From positions 1-26,525 of the forward strand of contig JBCBJQ010000084.1 of the NCBI GenBank assembly GCA_038523235.1: DNA of 26,525 nt, read 5' to 3'. This DNA comes from Cyanobacteria bacterium J06626_4. Lineage in GTDB: Bacteria; Cyanobacteriota; Cyanobacteriia; Phormidesmidales; Phormidesmidaceae. How positions within the stretch are numbered: position 1 is the stretch's first letter; each line of letters opens with the position of its first letter. The notes beneath the pieces are model-generated. The model was given only the letters and a program-made list of their open reading frames with translations. It did not search any database and had not been told where the DNA came from. The position numbers and the translations under genes were made by a program. Positions 10,230 through 18,730 of this stretch are shown one piece after another.

Positions 10230-10910
10230 TTAAAATTCGATGCCGGGCTGGGCTTTGACGCCCTGCTCGCGAAAGGGATGCTTGATGAGCTTCATTTCGG
10301 TGACTAGATCGGCCTGCTCAATCAGGGCGGGGGGGGCACCGCGTCCGGTCAAAATGACGTGGGTATCGGGAGATTTTTCGGCCAGTCCCGCGAGAACCTG
10401 ATCGACGGTCAGAAAGCCATGCTTCAGGGCGATGTTGACCTCATCGAGCAAAATCGTGCGGTAGGCCGGATTGCGCAAATACGTGAGGGCCATTTCCCAG
10501 GCGGCGGTGGCTTTAGCGATGTCGCGATCGCGGTCTTGGGTTTCCCACGTAAAGCCTTCGCCAAGAGCGTGAAAGTCGAGCTGGTCAGCCCATTTATCAA
10601 ACACCGCCTTTTCCGCCGGTTCCCAAGCGCCTTTAATGAACTGGATGATGGCGACCCGGTAGCCGTGGCCGAGCGATCGCAGCACGATGCCTAAGGCGGC
10701 GGTGGTTTTACCTTTGCCGTTGCCCGTGTGGACGATGATTAGCCCTTTTTCAACGGTGCGCTCTGCTAAGCGCTGCTGCTGCACCTCTTTGCGGCGAGCC
10801 ATCTTGCGTTTGTATTGATCGGCGCTGAGGCTGGATTCGGTGGACTCCGCTGTGAGGGATGCTGCCGCCGCATCGAGTTCGGTCGAAGACTGGGGGGGAA
10901 TAGAGGTCAT
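10230..10910 (-). CDS. cobO: Cob(I)yrinic acid a,c-diamide adenosyltransferase (CobO/BtuR)
   Basis: HTGNGKGKTTAALG, QFIKG, LDE, LTGR, KHPF...GIEF motifs. Start uncertain (10910 or 10928). Confidence 0.96.
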   Translation of the reverse strand: MTSIPPQSSTELDAAAASLTAESTESSLSADQYKRKMARRKEVQQQRLAERTVEKGLIIVHTGNGKGKTTAALGIVLRSLGHGYRVAIIQFIKGAWEPAEKAVFDKWADQLDFHALGEGFTWETQDRDRDIAKATAAWEMALTYLRNPAYRTILLDEVNIALKHGFLTVDQVLAGLAEKSPDTHVILTGRGAPPALIEQADLVTEMKLIKHPFREQGVKAQPGIEF

Positions 10911-11255
10911 GGAAAACCGCGATCGCAAGAGCTTACCTATGCTATCGTGTCGGCTCCGAACTCCTGCTGCTCAATCACCCTTGAGGTTGAAGCTGCCTGC
11001 ACGACGCTGCCTAATGTCGATCTTCCAGGAAGTCGCTAGAAGCATGTCGGTGAAACCGGCTGGCGGTTCTGCAGCGTATGGGTGAGCCAGCAAAGCCTAC
11101 TAATCGCTCGCCGGTTTCCTTTTCCCAAGCTCGGCCCAGATGGCCTGTGTTGTTTTGTACTGGAGTACCGGTGAATTCCGCAACAGCAGCATTGCACAGG
11201 AATGAGGAAGTGAGTGGCAAGATAGAGTGAACGAGCGATGAAGGAGCTGGACGCC

Positions 11256-12029
11256 ATGCTAGGTGCGATCGCGGGCGATATGATTGGCTCGGTGTATGAA
11301 TTCAACAATCGCCGCACTAAGGATTTCCCGCTATTTATCGACGACACCACGTTTACCGATGACACAATTTTGTCGGTGGCGGTGGCCGACGTGTTGATGA
11401 GCGGGGGCAACTATGCCAAAACCTTCAAAAAATATTATTGGCGGTATCCCAATCCGAGCGGTAGCTACGGCGCGCGATTTCACCAGTGGGCGTCGTCGCC
11501 TAGCCTGACGCCGTATAACAGTTGGGGCAACGGTTCGGCCATGCGAGTCAGTCCGGTCGGCTTTGCGGGCGAAACCTTAGACGCGGTCTTGCAAGAAGCG
11601 GAAAAAACCGCTGTTGTGACCCACAATCATCCCGAGGGCGTCAAGGGTGCGCAGGCGACTGCGGCGGCGATTTTTCTCGCTCGTCATCAGCATTCTAAAG
11701 CCGATATTCGTGCCTACATTAGCGAGACGTTTGACTATGATCTCAACCGCACGGTTGATGAAATTCGTCCTCACTACTTTTTCAACGAATCTTGCCAGGC
11801 GACGGTGCCCGAAGCGATCATCGCCTTTCTCGATGCCGACGATTTTGAAGATGCCATTCGCAATGCGGTGTCGTTGGGGGGCGACTCAGACACGCTGACC
11901 TGCATTACCGGTGGCATTGCCGAAGCCTTTTATGGTGCGGTGCCCGATGACATCGCCCAGCAGGTTTGGGAACGCTTGGATATGCGGCTGAAAACAGTGA
12001 CCGCTAACTTTCGGGCTCGCTACTGCTAA
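11256..12029 (+). CDS. ADP-ribosylglycohydrolase (DraG/ARH family)
   Basis: MLGAIAGD, FTDDT, GNGSAMR, THNHP and GGDSDT motifs; AAGGAG precedes ATG 11256. Confidence 0.93.
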   Translation: MLGAIAGDMIGSVYEFNNRRTKDFPLFIDDTTFTDDTILSVAVADVLMSGGNYAKTFKKYYWRYPNPSGSYGARFHQWASSPSLTPYNSWGNGSAMRVSPVGFAGETLDAVLQEAEKTAVVTHNHPEGVKGAQATAAAIFLARHQHSKADIRAYISETFDYDLNRTVDEIRPHYFFNESCQATVPEAIIAFLDADDFEDAIRNAVSLGGDSDTLTCITGGIAEAFYGAVPDDIAQQVWERLDMRLKTVTANFRARYC

Positions 12030-12092
12030 GCTCAAGCCCCTTTCCCTACCAGTCGCCTCTCAGCCTCTTCTCCCTCTACTTGCCACACCTCT

Positions 12093-13124
12093 ATGACCCG
12101 CCAAACCCGCACCCCCGTCCCTGATTTTTTTGACCGTCAAAAAGTTGACCAAGTCTATCGTGTGCCCTACCAAGCACGCGCTGCCGAGGCCCGCACCTGG
12201 GTTCAAAAGCATAAAATCACTGCCGCCAGCTGCGATCGCTTTCGCATTTGTCTGCTGCTGATCGATGTGCAAAATACGTTTTGCCTGCCTGAGTTTGAGC
12301 TATTTGTCGGCGGGCGTTCGGGGCGCGGCGCGGTGGAAGATAATCAGCGCCTGAGCCAGTTCATTTACGAAAATCTGGGCCGCCTCACCGCGATCGCGCC
12401 CACGCTTGATACGCACACCGCCGCCCAGATCTTTCACCCCCTGTTTTGGGTGGATGCTGATGGCAACGCCCCGGCCCCCATGACGATGATTAGCCATGAC
12501 GAGGTGGTGGCCGGGCACTGGCGCGTCAATCCCGAGATGGCGTCCTACACAGCCGCATCCGATCTGCAGAAATTTGCGCTGCACTATACTCAGCGCCTGA
12601 CTGCCGATGGCAAATACCCCCTCACCATTTGGCCTTACCACTCAATGCTGGGGGGCATTGGTCATGCGCTGGTGTCGACCATTGAAGAGGCCTGCTTCTT
12701 TCACTCGATTGCTCGCAACAGCCCGACCCGCTATGAGATCAAGGGCGGCAACCCCCTGACGGAGAACTACTCGGTGCTGAGCCCAGAAGTGCTGGAGGAT
12801 GAAGCGGGGAGTGCGATCGCGGCTAAAAATACGGCCTTTACCGATGAGCTGTTGACCTATGATGCGATCGTGGTGGCCGGACAGGCCAAAAGCCACTGCG
12901 TTGCCTGGTCAGTAGATGATCTACTGTCAGAAATCACCCAGCGCGACTCCGCCCTGGCGCAAAAGGTTTATCTGCTCGAAGATTGCACGTCGCCAGTGGT
13001 CGTTCCCAACGTGGTGGACTTTACTGACGCGGCGGACGCAGCGTACCAGCGTTTTGCTGAGGCCGGTATGCATCGAGTCACCACGCAAACGCCCCTGGCC
13101 GACTGGCCCGGTATTCAGCTTTGA
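12093..13124 (+). CDS. Isochorismatase-family cysteine hydrolase, nicotinamidase-like (long form)
   Basis: LLIDVQNTF (Asp), TLDTH and WPYH (metal ligands), EIKG (Lys), AGQAKSHCV (Cys). Confidence 0.85.
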   Translation: MTRQTRTPVPDFFDRQKVDQVYRVPYQARAAEARTWVQKHKITAASCDRFRICLLLIDVQNTFCLPEFELFVGGRSGRGAVEDNQRLSQFIYENLGRLTAIAPTLDTHTAAQIFHPLFWVDADGNAPAPMTMISHDEVVAGHWRVNPEMASYTAASDLQKFALHYTQRLTADGKYPLTIWPYHSMLGGIGHALVSTIEEACFFHSIARNSPTRYEIKGGNPLTENYSVLSPEVLEDEAGSAIAAKNTAFTDELLTYDAIVVAGQAKSHCVAWSVDDLLSEITQRDSALAQKVYLLEDCTSPVVVPNVVDFTDAADAAYQRFAEAGMHRVTTQTPLADWPGIQL

Positions 13125-13180
13125 AGTCGCGACCTGAGTCCTGTGGTGAGTTCGGGCAATTCGTCCGATTGCATGGCTGG

Positions 13181-13876
13181 TTAAGACTGCCGGGCCGCTG
13201 ATAATTGCCGATTGCTTTCGAGGGTGAGCTGCACATCCACCAGTTCTGCCAGTTGCCGAGTCAAATCTTCAGACCGCTTCTTAGCCGTGACTTTGCGGTG
13301 CAGGGCAGCCCGAGCCAAGTCTTCGCGATCGCGCTGCAGAGCCACTTCGGCGACGCGCTGCCAGCTATCCATCTCTTGGCGGGCTCGGTCGTACTGCGTT
13401 TTGAGCGTTTGATGGGCCGCAGCAATGTTCGACAGCGCCTGATGGAAGAGCCCAATCGCCTCATCGGGGGTGCGATCGCGAGCCGTGCCTTCGATTACAT
13501 TGCGCAAAGCCGACCGGTTGTAGCGATCGATCTGCAGACCAAATCCGGCGAGCTGCTCACAGTCGCTGCGACCCGTTTTGCACCAGTTAGCAAAGTGCTC
13601 GCAGTTATTCGTAAGCAGATCATACTGCTGCTCGCCGAGGCGGCTGGCGGCCCGTTGCACCACGACATGGGGGAGATACGCCATCGAGCGGGGTTTCACA
13701 AAAATACGTCCACCTCGGGCAAACAAATCACGGGGCGTGCGGGTGACGGTGGGTACCTCTAACCCTTTGTAGTAATGAATGATTTCATCATGGCCGCAGT
13801 CGATGCCGTGATGTTCATACACACCGGGCACCCCGACCACCTCTCGCATGGCATATACTTGGTCACCTAACGCCAT
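13181..13876 (-). CDS. LRAT-like (permuted NlpC/P60) domain fused to a PspA/IM30-like coiled coil
   Basis: YEHHGID, IIHY and YDLLTNNCEHFANWC motifs; C-terminal WQRVAEVALQRDREDLARAALHRK resembles PspA/Vipp1. ATG 13876 follows GGAGAG. Confidence 0.88.
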   Translation of the reverse strand: MALGDQVYAMREVVGVPGVYEHHGIDCGHDEIIHYYKGLEVPTVTRTPRDLFARGGRIFVKPRSMAYLPHVVVQRAASRLGEQQYDLLTNNCEHFANWCKTGRSDCEQLAGFGLQIDRYNRSALRNVIEGTARDRTPDEAIGLFHQALSNIAAAHQTLKTQYDRARQEMDSWQRVAEVALQRDREDLARAALHRKVTAKKRSEDLTRQLAELVDVQLTLESNRQLSAARQS

Positions 13877-14237
13877 CACCTTGCTCTCCGATTGATTGGA
13901 ACCGTGATCTGTAAGCCGCTGACACCCTGACTTGCGGTAGATGTTCAAGCAATGTTCTAGCCCTGTCGATAGCCCAACAGCTTCTTTTGACGGTTGGCAG
14001 TTAGCGGCAGCCGCTAGCGATCGCCGTCAGACTAGAGGGCATCAGCTGGCATCAAGTCGCAACCAAGCCGATGCAGGCAAAAGCCTCACCCACAAACCAG
14101 ACTCGTCACCTCGCTGACATCTCTTGGATTTCTCGCTAAGCGAATGCTGGCCGATTAGGGGAACTGGGCTGATGATTCTGGCCTCGCGATCGCGAGCAAT
14201 GACTCCGTAGGCACCCGCTGGGACTCAGTGCTGTGAC

Positions 14238-14669
14238 TTAGCTTTCGTCGAAACTGGTGGAGTGAATATCCGTTTTATCTTCTGGTCCCACCGATGGAGA
14301 AACTGCTTTGGTTCGGGTGACCACGCCATCTCTGAGTTTACGTAATGCTCGGACGGAATCAGTGCCTTCTTGCTCAATATTGATTTGAATATTGGGGCCA
14401 GACCGGGCTAAGCGAATAACGATGCCATCTTCTGCAGGGGCTTGAGTGACACGCTTACCTTCAAGATAGGTGCCATTCGTCCCCAGGTTAACAATTTCCC
14501 AACCATCATCAACCTGACGCAGTTCAACATGGTGACGTGAAACGACTGCGCTGTACAAAACAACATGATTTTCGGTAGAGCGCCCAATCCTGATGACGGG
14601 GTCTTCTTTAAAAGTCCAGTTTTGAACGGGCTCTTTGTTCAGAGGATGTAGTAGCGATAGGGTAATCAC
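14238..14669 (-). CDS. FHA domain protein
   Basis: IGR...VSRHH...GTNGTYLEG FHA signature; GTG start. Confidence 0.9.
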   Translation of the reverse strand: MITLSLLHPLNKEPVQNWTFKEDPVIRIGRSTENHVVLYSAVVSRHHVELRQVDDGWEIVNLGTNGTYLEGKRVTQAPAEDGIVIRLARSGPNIQINIEQEGTDSVRALRKLRDGVVTRTKAVSPSVGPEDKTDIHSTSFDES

Positions 14670-14712
14670 ATCACTCGATTCGTAGGGGGTCGCGGAGGTT
14701 TAGGAAAGCATC

Positions 14713-14748
14713 AAAACTAGCTTAAGGGTAAAAACTAGCTTAAGGGTA
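14713..14748. repeat. Perfect 18-bp tandem duplication (AAAACTAGCTTAAGGGTA x2)
   Basis: 14713-14730 is identical to 14731-14748. Confidence 0.95.
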
Positions 14749-14754
14749 AACCAC

Positions 14755-15588
14755 TTAGCCAGATTGGAAAATAAAGGTAACCTTATCCCCCTTACCGAGG
14801 GCTATTCTATCGCCCGCTCTGAGGCGATGTCGATTGCCGGGCGGTAGGGGCATGGTGTTGACATAGGTGCCGTTAGAGCTGCCGACATCTTCTAGATAGT
14901 AAATGTCGCCTTCAACGCGGATGTTGGCATGTACCCGTGACACAATTTCAGAGTTGGGAAACCCAGCCACATCAATGGTCGGGGGAATGCGATCGTTGGG
15001 TTTGCCAATGTGCAAAATGCTGAGCTGGGGCGGTAGCTCAACCGGGGTATTGGTTTGCACATGAAACAGCTGAGCCTGGTTGATTTGTAGCTGGGTGGAG
15101 CTGCTGCTGGTCGTCAATGGCGTGACCGTCGGCAGGGGAGACGCGGGCGATTCGTTGGGGGTCGCGGGCGCGGCGGGCGGTTCATTAGAAGGAACCGGTG
15201 GCGCAGCGGGCGGTTCGCTGAGCGGGGCAGCAATGCCCTCTGGTGTGGGCACGACGGCGGGGGGCTCCGCGATCGCCGCTTCAGCGACGGGGGCTTCACC
15301 GGCACCCACATCCTCCGTCACGATCAGCGGGTCTAGGGGCAACAAGTCGGGAATCTCCACCTCAATCTCGCTGGGGAGAGTGAGTTCTATATCCGGGGTG
15401 GTGGATGACGCTGGGGAGAGCGTTGAATTTCTCAAGTCAAACCCACATTGGCCGCAAAAGCTCGCGTCAGACTGCACTGAGGCACCACAACTCGGACAGG
15501 TTGCCAACGTTGGTAAAGGCGTATAACAAGCTTCACACTGCACTGCACCATCGGGATTTTGATGATTACAGTTGGGGCAAACGATCAT
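14755..15588 (-). CDS. fraH: FraH-like protein: double zinc ribbon, Pro/Ala/Glu-rich linker, FHA domain
   Basis: Four CxxC pairs (CPNC, CEAC, CPSC, CGQC), a Pro-rich linker and SRVHA...SSNGTYVN; same architecture as Anabaena FraH. Orthology is inferred from architecture only. Confidence 0.8.
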   Translation of the reverse strand: MIVCPNCNHQNPDGAVQCEACYTPLPTLATCPSCGASVQSDASFCGQCGFDLRNSTLSPASSTTPDIELTLPSEIEVEIPDLLPLDPLIVTEDVGAGEAPVAEAAIAEPPAVVPTPEGIAAPLSEPPAAPPVPSNEPPAAPATPNESPASPLPTVTPLTTSSSSTQLQINQAQLFHVQTNTPVELPPQLSILHIGKPNDRIPPTIDVAGFPNSEIVSRVHANIRVEGDIYYLEDVGSSNGTYVNTMPLPPGNRHRLRAGDRIALGKGDKVTFIFQSG

Positions 15589-16266
15589 GACAATACCTTT
15601 CTCTTGCGACTGTCATCAACAGAGCCTGCTACAGGCGTGCACTGAGCGCTATGGCCAGATCCCAGCACGTCTCTAGCGATGCTTATAAATTGTAGAAGAA
15701 AACGCATTTTCCGCCGTGTTTTCTCAAAACTATTACCCTTCATACCACTGCGTGAAGATGTATCAGGGCGAACCCGTAAGGGTGCGCCAAAATAATGACG
15801 GCAATCATCCAGACGAGATGATGCCGCTGACTGCGAACCTCAGCGATTGAGCATGAGCCATGGCCAGGTCAACCCGAGACATGGCATTAATGTCCTCAGT
15901 AGCACTAGGTAGCGATGGCAGCATTTATACCGCTTGCCACGCTAGTTAGATGATGAATATTGGGAATCTCGGTCAGCTGGCGGGCACAGACTTGAGTCAG
16001 CAAGCGTGGGCCGCGCGATCGCCCGTCACCTGAAACCGACCTTCATCAAGCTGAAACGGGTGGGGCATTTGTGCACCTTTGCCGCTAACTGATCGATGCA
16101 ACCCATGACATCTGACTCAAGTCTTTGAAGTGGGTGGTTAGCTACCACCAGTGAAATCTGCAGCGGCTGGCTCCTCTTGCTGACTTATCCAGCATCTGCA
16201 ATTAGGCGATCGCATCGTCGAGGCCAGTCACGGCAATAGTTCAAGTAAACTAGCTGACGAGTAAAA

Positions 16267-16280
16267 GTAGCTGTTGATAC
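16267..16280. promoter_or_regulatory. Putative NtcA-type site
   Basis: GTAGCtgttGATAC in the divergent fraH-like/DUF2811 intergenic region. Confidence 0.35.
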
Positions 16281-16426
16281 CATTCTTTTCTGGACTGAAG
16301 AGCAGGCTTGTCGTAGATGGCGTAAGCCTTTTCCTGCGCCGACTCTAGCTGATGTTCGGAGACTCTCAATCGATACGATTGAGTAAGTTTAACGAAAGTT
16401 CAAGAATTTAATTTTGAGATTTTTTC

Positions 16427-16523
16427 CCTTCCACAGCTTGTCCACAGTTTGCTGGATGGGTTTCCACAGGTTTTCCACAGGGGATAACGGCGTTTCTTGC
16501 TTTTGTGGCACGTCTGTGGATTA
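16427..16523. promoter_or_regulatory. DnaA-box cluster
   Basis: CCTTCCACA 16427, TTGTCCACA 16438, GTTTCCACA 16460, TTTTCCACA 16471, and reverse TAATCCACA 16515-16523, plus weaker reverse boxes at 16479 and 16504. Confidence 0.75.
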
Positions 16524-16652
16524 CGGGCTGCGATGATTTATCGGGAAGCCTTTGTGATCAGCCGGTTCGGGATCGTTCGATGACAACCGGTGGAAGCCTG
16601 ATTGCCTCGTTCGTTAGCCCCGACTGAGGCCGTCTATCGGTTTTTTTTAGCA

Positions 16653-16682
16653 TTGACAGCTCCGAGGAGATGTAGGCAGAAT
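16653..16682 (+). promoter_or_regulatory. Possible sigma70-type promoter for the DUF2811 gene
   Basis: TTGACA-N18-CAGAAT. Confidence 0.3.
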
Positions 16683-16820
16683 GATGCGACCGGAAGACGT
16701 TGTGCCTGTGCAGGCAGTGAGCTGAACTCCCTTATATGTAAGGCGGGGAGAGGCTACTGGCTACATTGAGGTGCTGCTTTTGGCTGTTTGCCTATGCCTA
16801 TGGTGTCAAAGGAGGAATGG

Positions 16821-17024
16821 ATGGGCGGCCCTATGGTTAGCTTGTTAGTAGAAGTTCCAGAGGAACTTCATGAATCGCTTCAGTGTTATCTGGATTCGCA
16901 TCCGGCTTGGAATCAGCAGCGGGCTTTTTGCGCCGCGCTGTCTCTTTTCCTCATGCAGAATGGCGGCGGCGATCGCCGAGTTAATCGGATTTACCTGGAT
17001 ACGCTGTTTGACTTCGCTGCTTAA
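16821..17024 (+). CDS. DUF2811 family small protein
   Basis: EVPEELHESLQCYLDSHPAWNQQRAFCAALSLFLMQNG...RIYLDTLF; AAGGAGG lies 5 nt before ATG 16821. Confidence 0.85.
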   Translation: MGGPMVSLLVEVPEELHESLQCYLDSHPAWNQQRAFCAALSLFLMQNGGGDRRVNRIYLDTLFDFAA

Positions 17025-17039
17025 GTAGCGTCGAATCAT

Positions 17040-17083
17040 GCGGGAGGGCTCAGCTTAGCTGGGACTCCCGCTGTTTGTTTTTT
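17040..17083 (+). terminator. Rho-independent terminator after DUF2811
   Basis: GCGGGAG...CAGC-TTA-GCTG...CTCCCGC followed by TGTTTGTTTTTT. Confidence 0.75.
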
Positions 17084-17367
17084 GGGTGTGATTTTTGGCA
17101 ACTGAGTCTTTTGTGAGATGCCTGTAAGACCTGTTGGGGGTTGATGCATGGGGATGAGTCGGGCTGGCGGGTGAGCCCTGCCACGGCTTAAAGAGCGGCT
17201 ATTTGTAAATAACGGTTGACGCTCTCGCCGCTGCTGAGATGGGTTTGATAGGGTAGGCGAGCGCTAGAAAATTTGATATCGACTCAGACCGTTCAAGCGT
17301 TCTCAGGCTATCGATAAAGCCGATTAGCCTATCCGCTTGATGCTGGTCTCAGGCTTACCCTTTAACT

Positions 17368-18594
17368 ATGACCACTTCTTCTGACCGTCAAACTCATTCC
17401 CAGATTCTTTGGGCACAAGTGGGGGGATTAGCCCTCGTGCAAGGGGCGATCGCCCTGATGTGGGTAATCTATAACCTTTATTTAGTCGAGCTGCTGGCCC
17501 TGGTGGGGTTTTCTCGGGGGCTGGCGACGGCGCTCCTAATTGTCGAAAATCTGCTGGCGATGGTGATGGAACCGCTGATGGGCAGTTTCAGCGATCGCCT
17601 ACAGCAGCAGTTGGGGACGCGCTTTCCCCTCGTGAGTTTGGGAGTGATTTTGGCGGCAGGTATTTTTATTGGTCTGCCGGTAATCGCTTTGGGAGGCTTG
17701 GCCCCGGCGCTCCGTTGGTTACTTCCACTCCTGCTAGTGGCTTGGGCCTTGGCGATGACCGTGTTTCGCAGTCCAGCCATGTCGCTATTGGGGCGCTATG
17801 CCTTTGGTACGCAGTTGCCCCAAGCGGCCAGTATTTTGACGCTAGTGGGCGGCGTCGCCGGCGCCATGGGGCCGTTAGCCAGCAGCCAACTTTTGAGCTG
17901 GGGACCAATTGTCGTTTTTAGTTTAGGCTCTGGGGTCTTGATTCTGGCCACTTTGGTGTTGCGCTGGTCGGCACCTGAGCCCCGCGTGGCCGCGCCGGCA
18001 GCTGAGACGAGTGCGGAGCCCACGTCAGATTCAGCAGTGGCGTGGTCCGCCCTGCCGCCCATCTTTGGGGCTGGGGTGGGGGTGGCCCTCGGGTTTCGTT
18101 CGTTGATGATGCTATTTTCTCGAGTTCTCGACAGTCGAGTGGTTGATGGCAACTCGGCGCTCGTGTTGGGGATGGTGTTTGTGTCGTTGGCGGTGACGGC
18201 GATTCCGGCGGGGGCGTTGGCCACGCGGCTCGGCAATCGGCGGGCCATGATTTTGGGGCTGGCGGGACTGGCTTTTGTTTGTGTGGCGATTGGGGTGGTT
18301 AGCCGCAATGGCACCGCGATTACCCTGGCGATTTTGTTTGGGGCGGCCTTTAGTTTGGTGTCTAACGGCACGATTCCCTTTGCGCTCTCGATGGTGCCGC
18401 CCCCCAAAGCGGGACTCGGCACGGGCATGTTTTTTAGTGGAGGGGCGGCCGCCTCATCACTCTTTGGCACGGTGGCGTCATCCCTGCAAGCGATGCCGTT
18501 GGGAATTGCCACCGCTGTCGGTGTCACCGCTTTACTGCTCGCGGGGGGCTGTATTGCCGCCGCGCCCCGCCGCGCCGCCTCCGGCGACGCCTAA
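17368..18594 (+). CDS. MFS transporter
   Basis: About 12 hydrophobic segments; GSFSDR and GALATRLGNRR (motif A-like). Confidence 0.9.
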   Translation: MTTSSDRQTHSQILWAQVGGLALVQGAIALMWVIYNLYLVELLALVGFSRGLATALLIVENLLAMVMEPLMGSFSDRLQQQLGTRFPLVSLGVILAAGIFIGLPVIALGGLAPALRWLLPLLLVAWALAMTVFRSPAMSLLGRYAFGTQLPQAASILTLVGGVAGAMGPLASSQLLSWGPIVVFSLGSGVLILATLVLRWSAPEPRVAAPAAETSAEPTSDSAVAWSALPPIFGAGVGVALGFRSLMMLFSRVLDSRVVDGNSALVLGMVFVSLAVTAIPAGALATRLGNRRAMILGLAGLAFVCVAIGVVSRNGTAITLAILFGAAFSLVSNGTIPFALSMVPPPKAGLGTGMFFSGGAAASSLFGTVASSLQAMPLGIATAVGVTALLLAGGCIAAAPRRAASGDA

Positions 18595-18730
18595 AATTGT
18601 TCACCGCCCGAGGGGGACTGACTCCGTTCGGCCAAAACCGATCGCAGTCGGTCCATCCTGTTAACTGCCCTGCTCTTTGTCTTTCCTGCGTGGCCACGGT
18701 TACCTGGGGTTTCCGGTCACTGGAATGGGG

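Noticed and set aside
10929..11237. Possible cobalamin riboswitch upstream of cobO, or NrtR site upstream of the ARH gene
   Set aside because: No B12-box or other conserved cobalamin riboswitch motif was recognisable. The only palindrome (GTAC-TGGA-GTAC) is too short to assign.
15758..15850. 30-aa + strand ORF MYQGEPVRVRQ...
   Set aside because: No RBS or homology cue; the region is better explained by hairpins.
16427..16523. CCACAG repeats as a CRISPR array or plasmid iterons
   Set aside because: The units are 9-mers with 2-13 bp gaps and no cas or rep gene is present; they fit DnaA boxes.
16620..16648. CCGA...TCGG plus T8 as a terminator of an upstream sRNA
   Set aside because: The stem is only 4 bp with a large loop, too weak to call.
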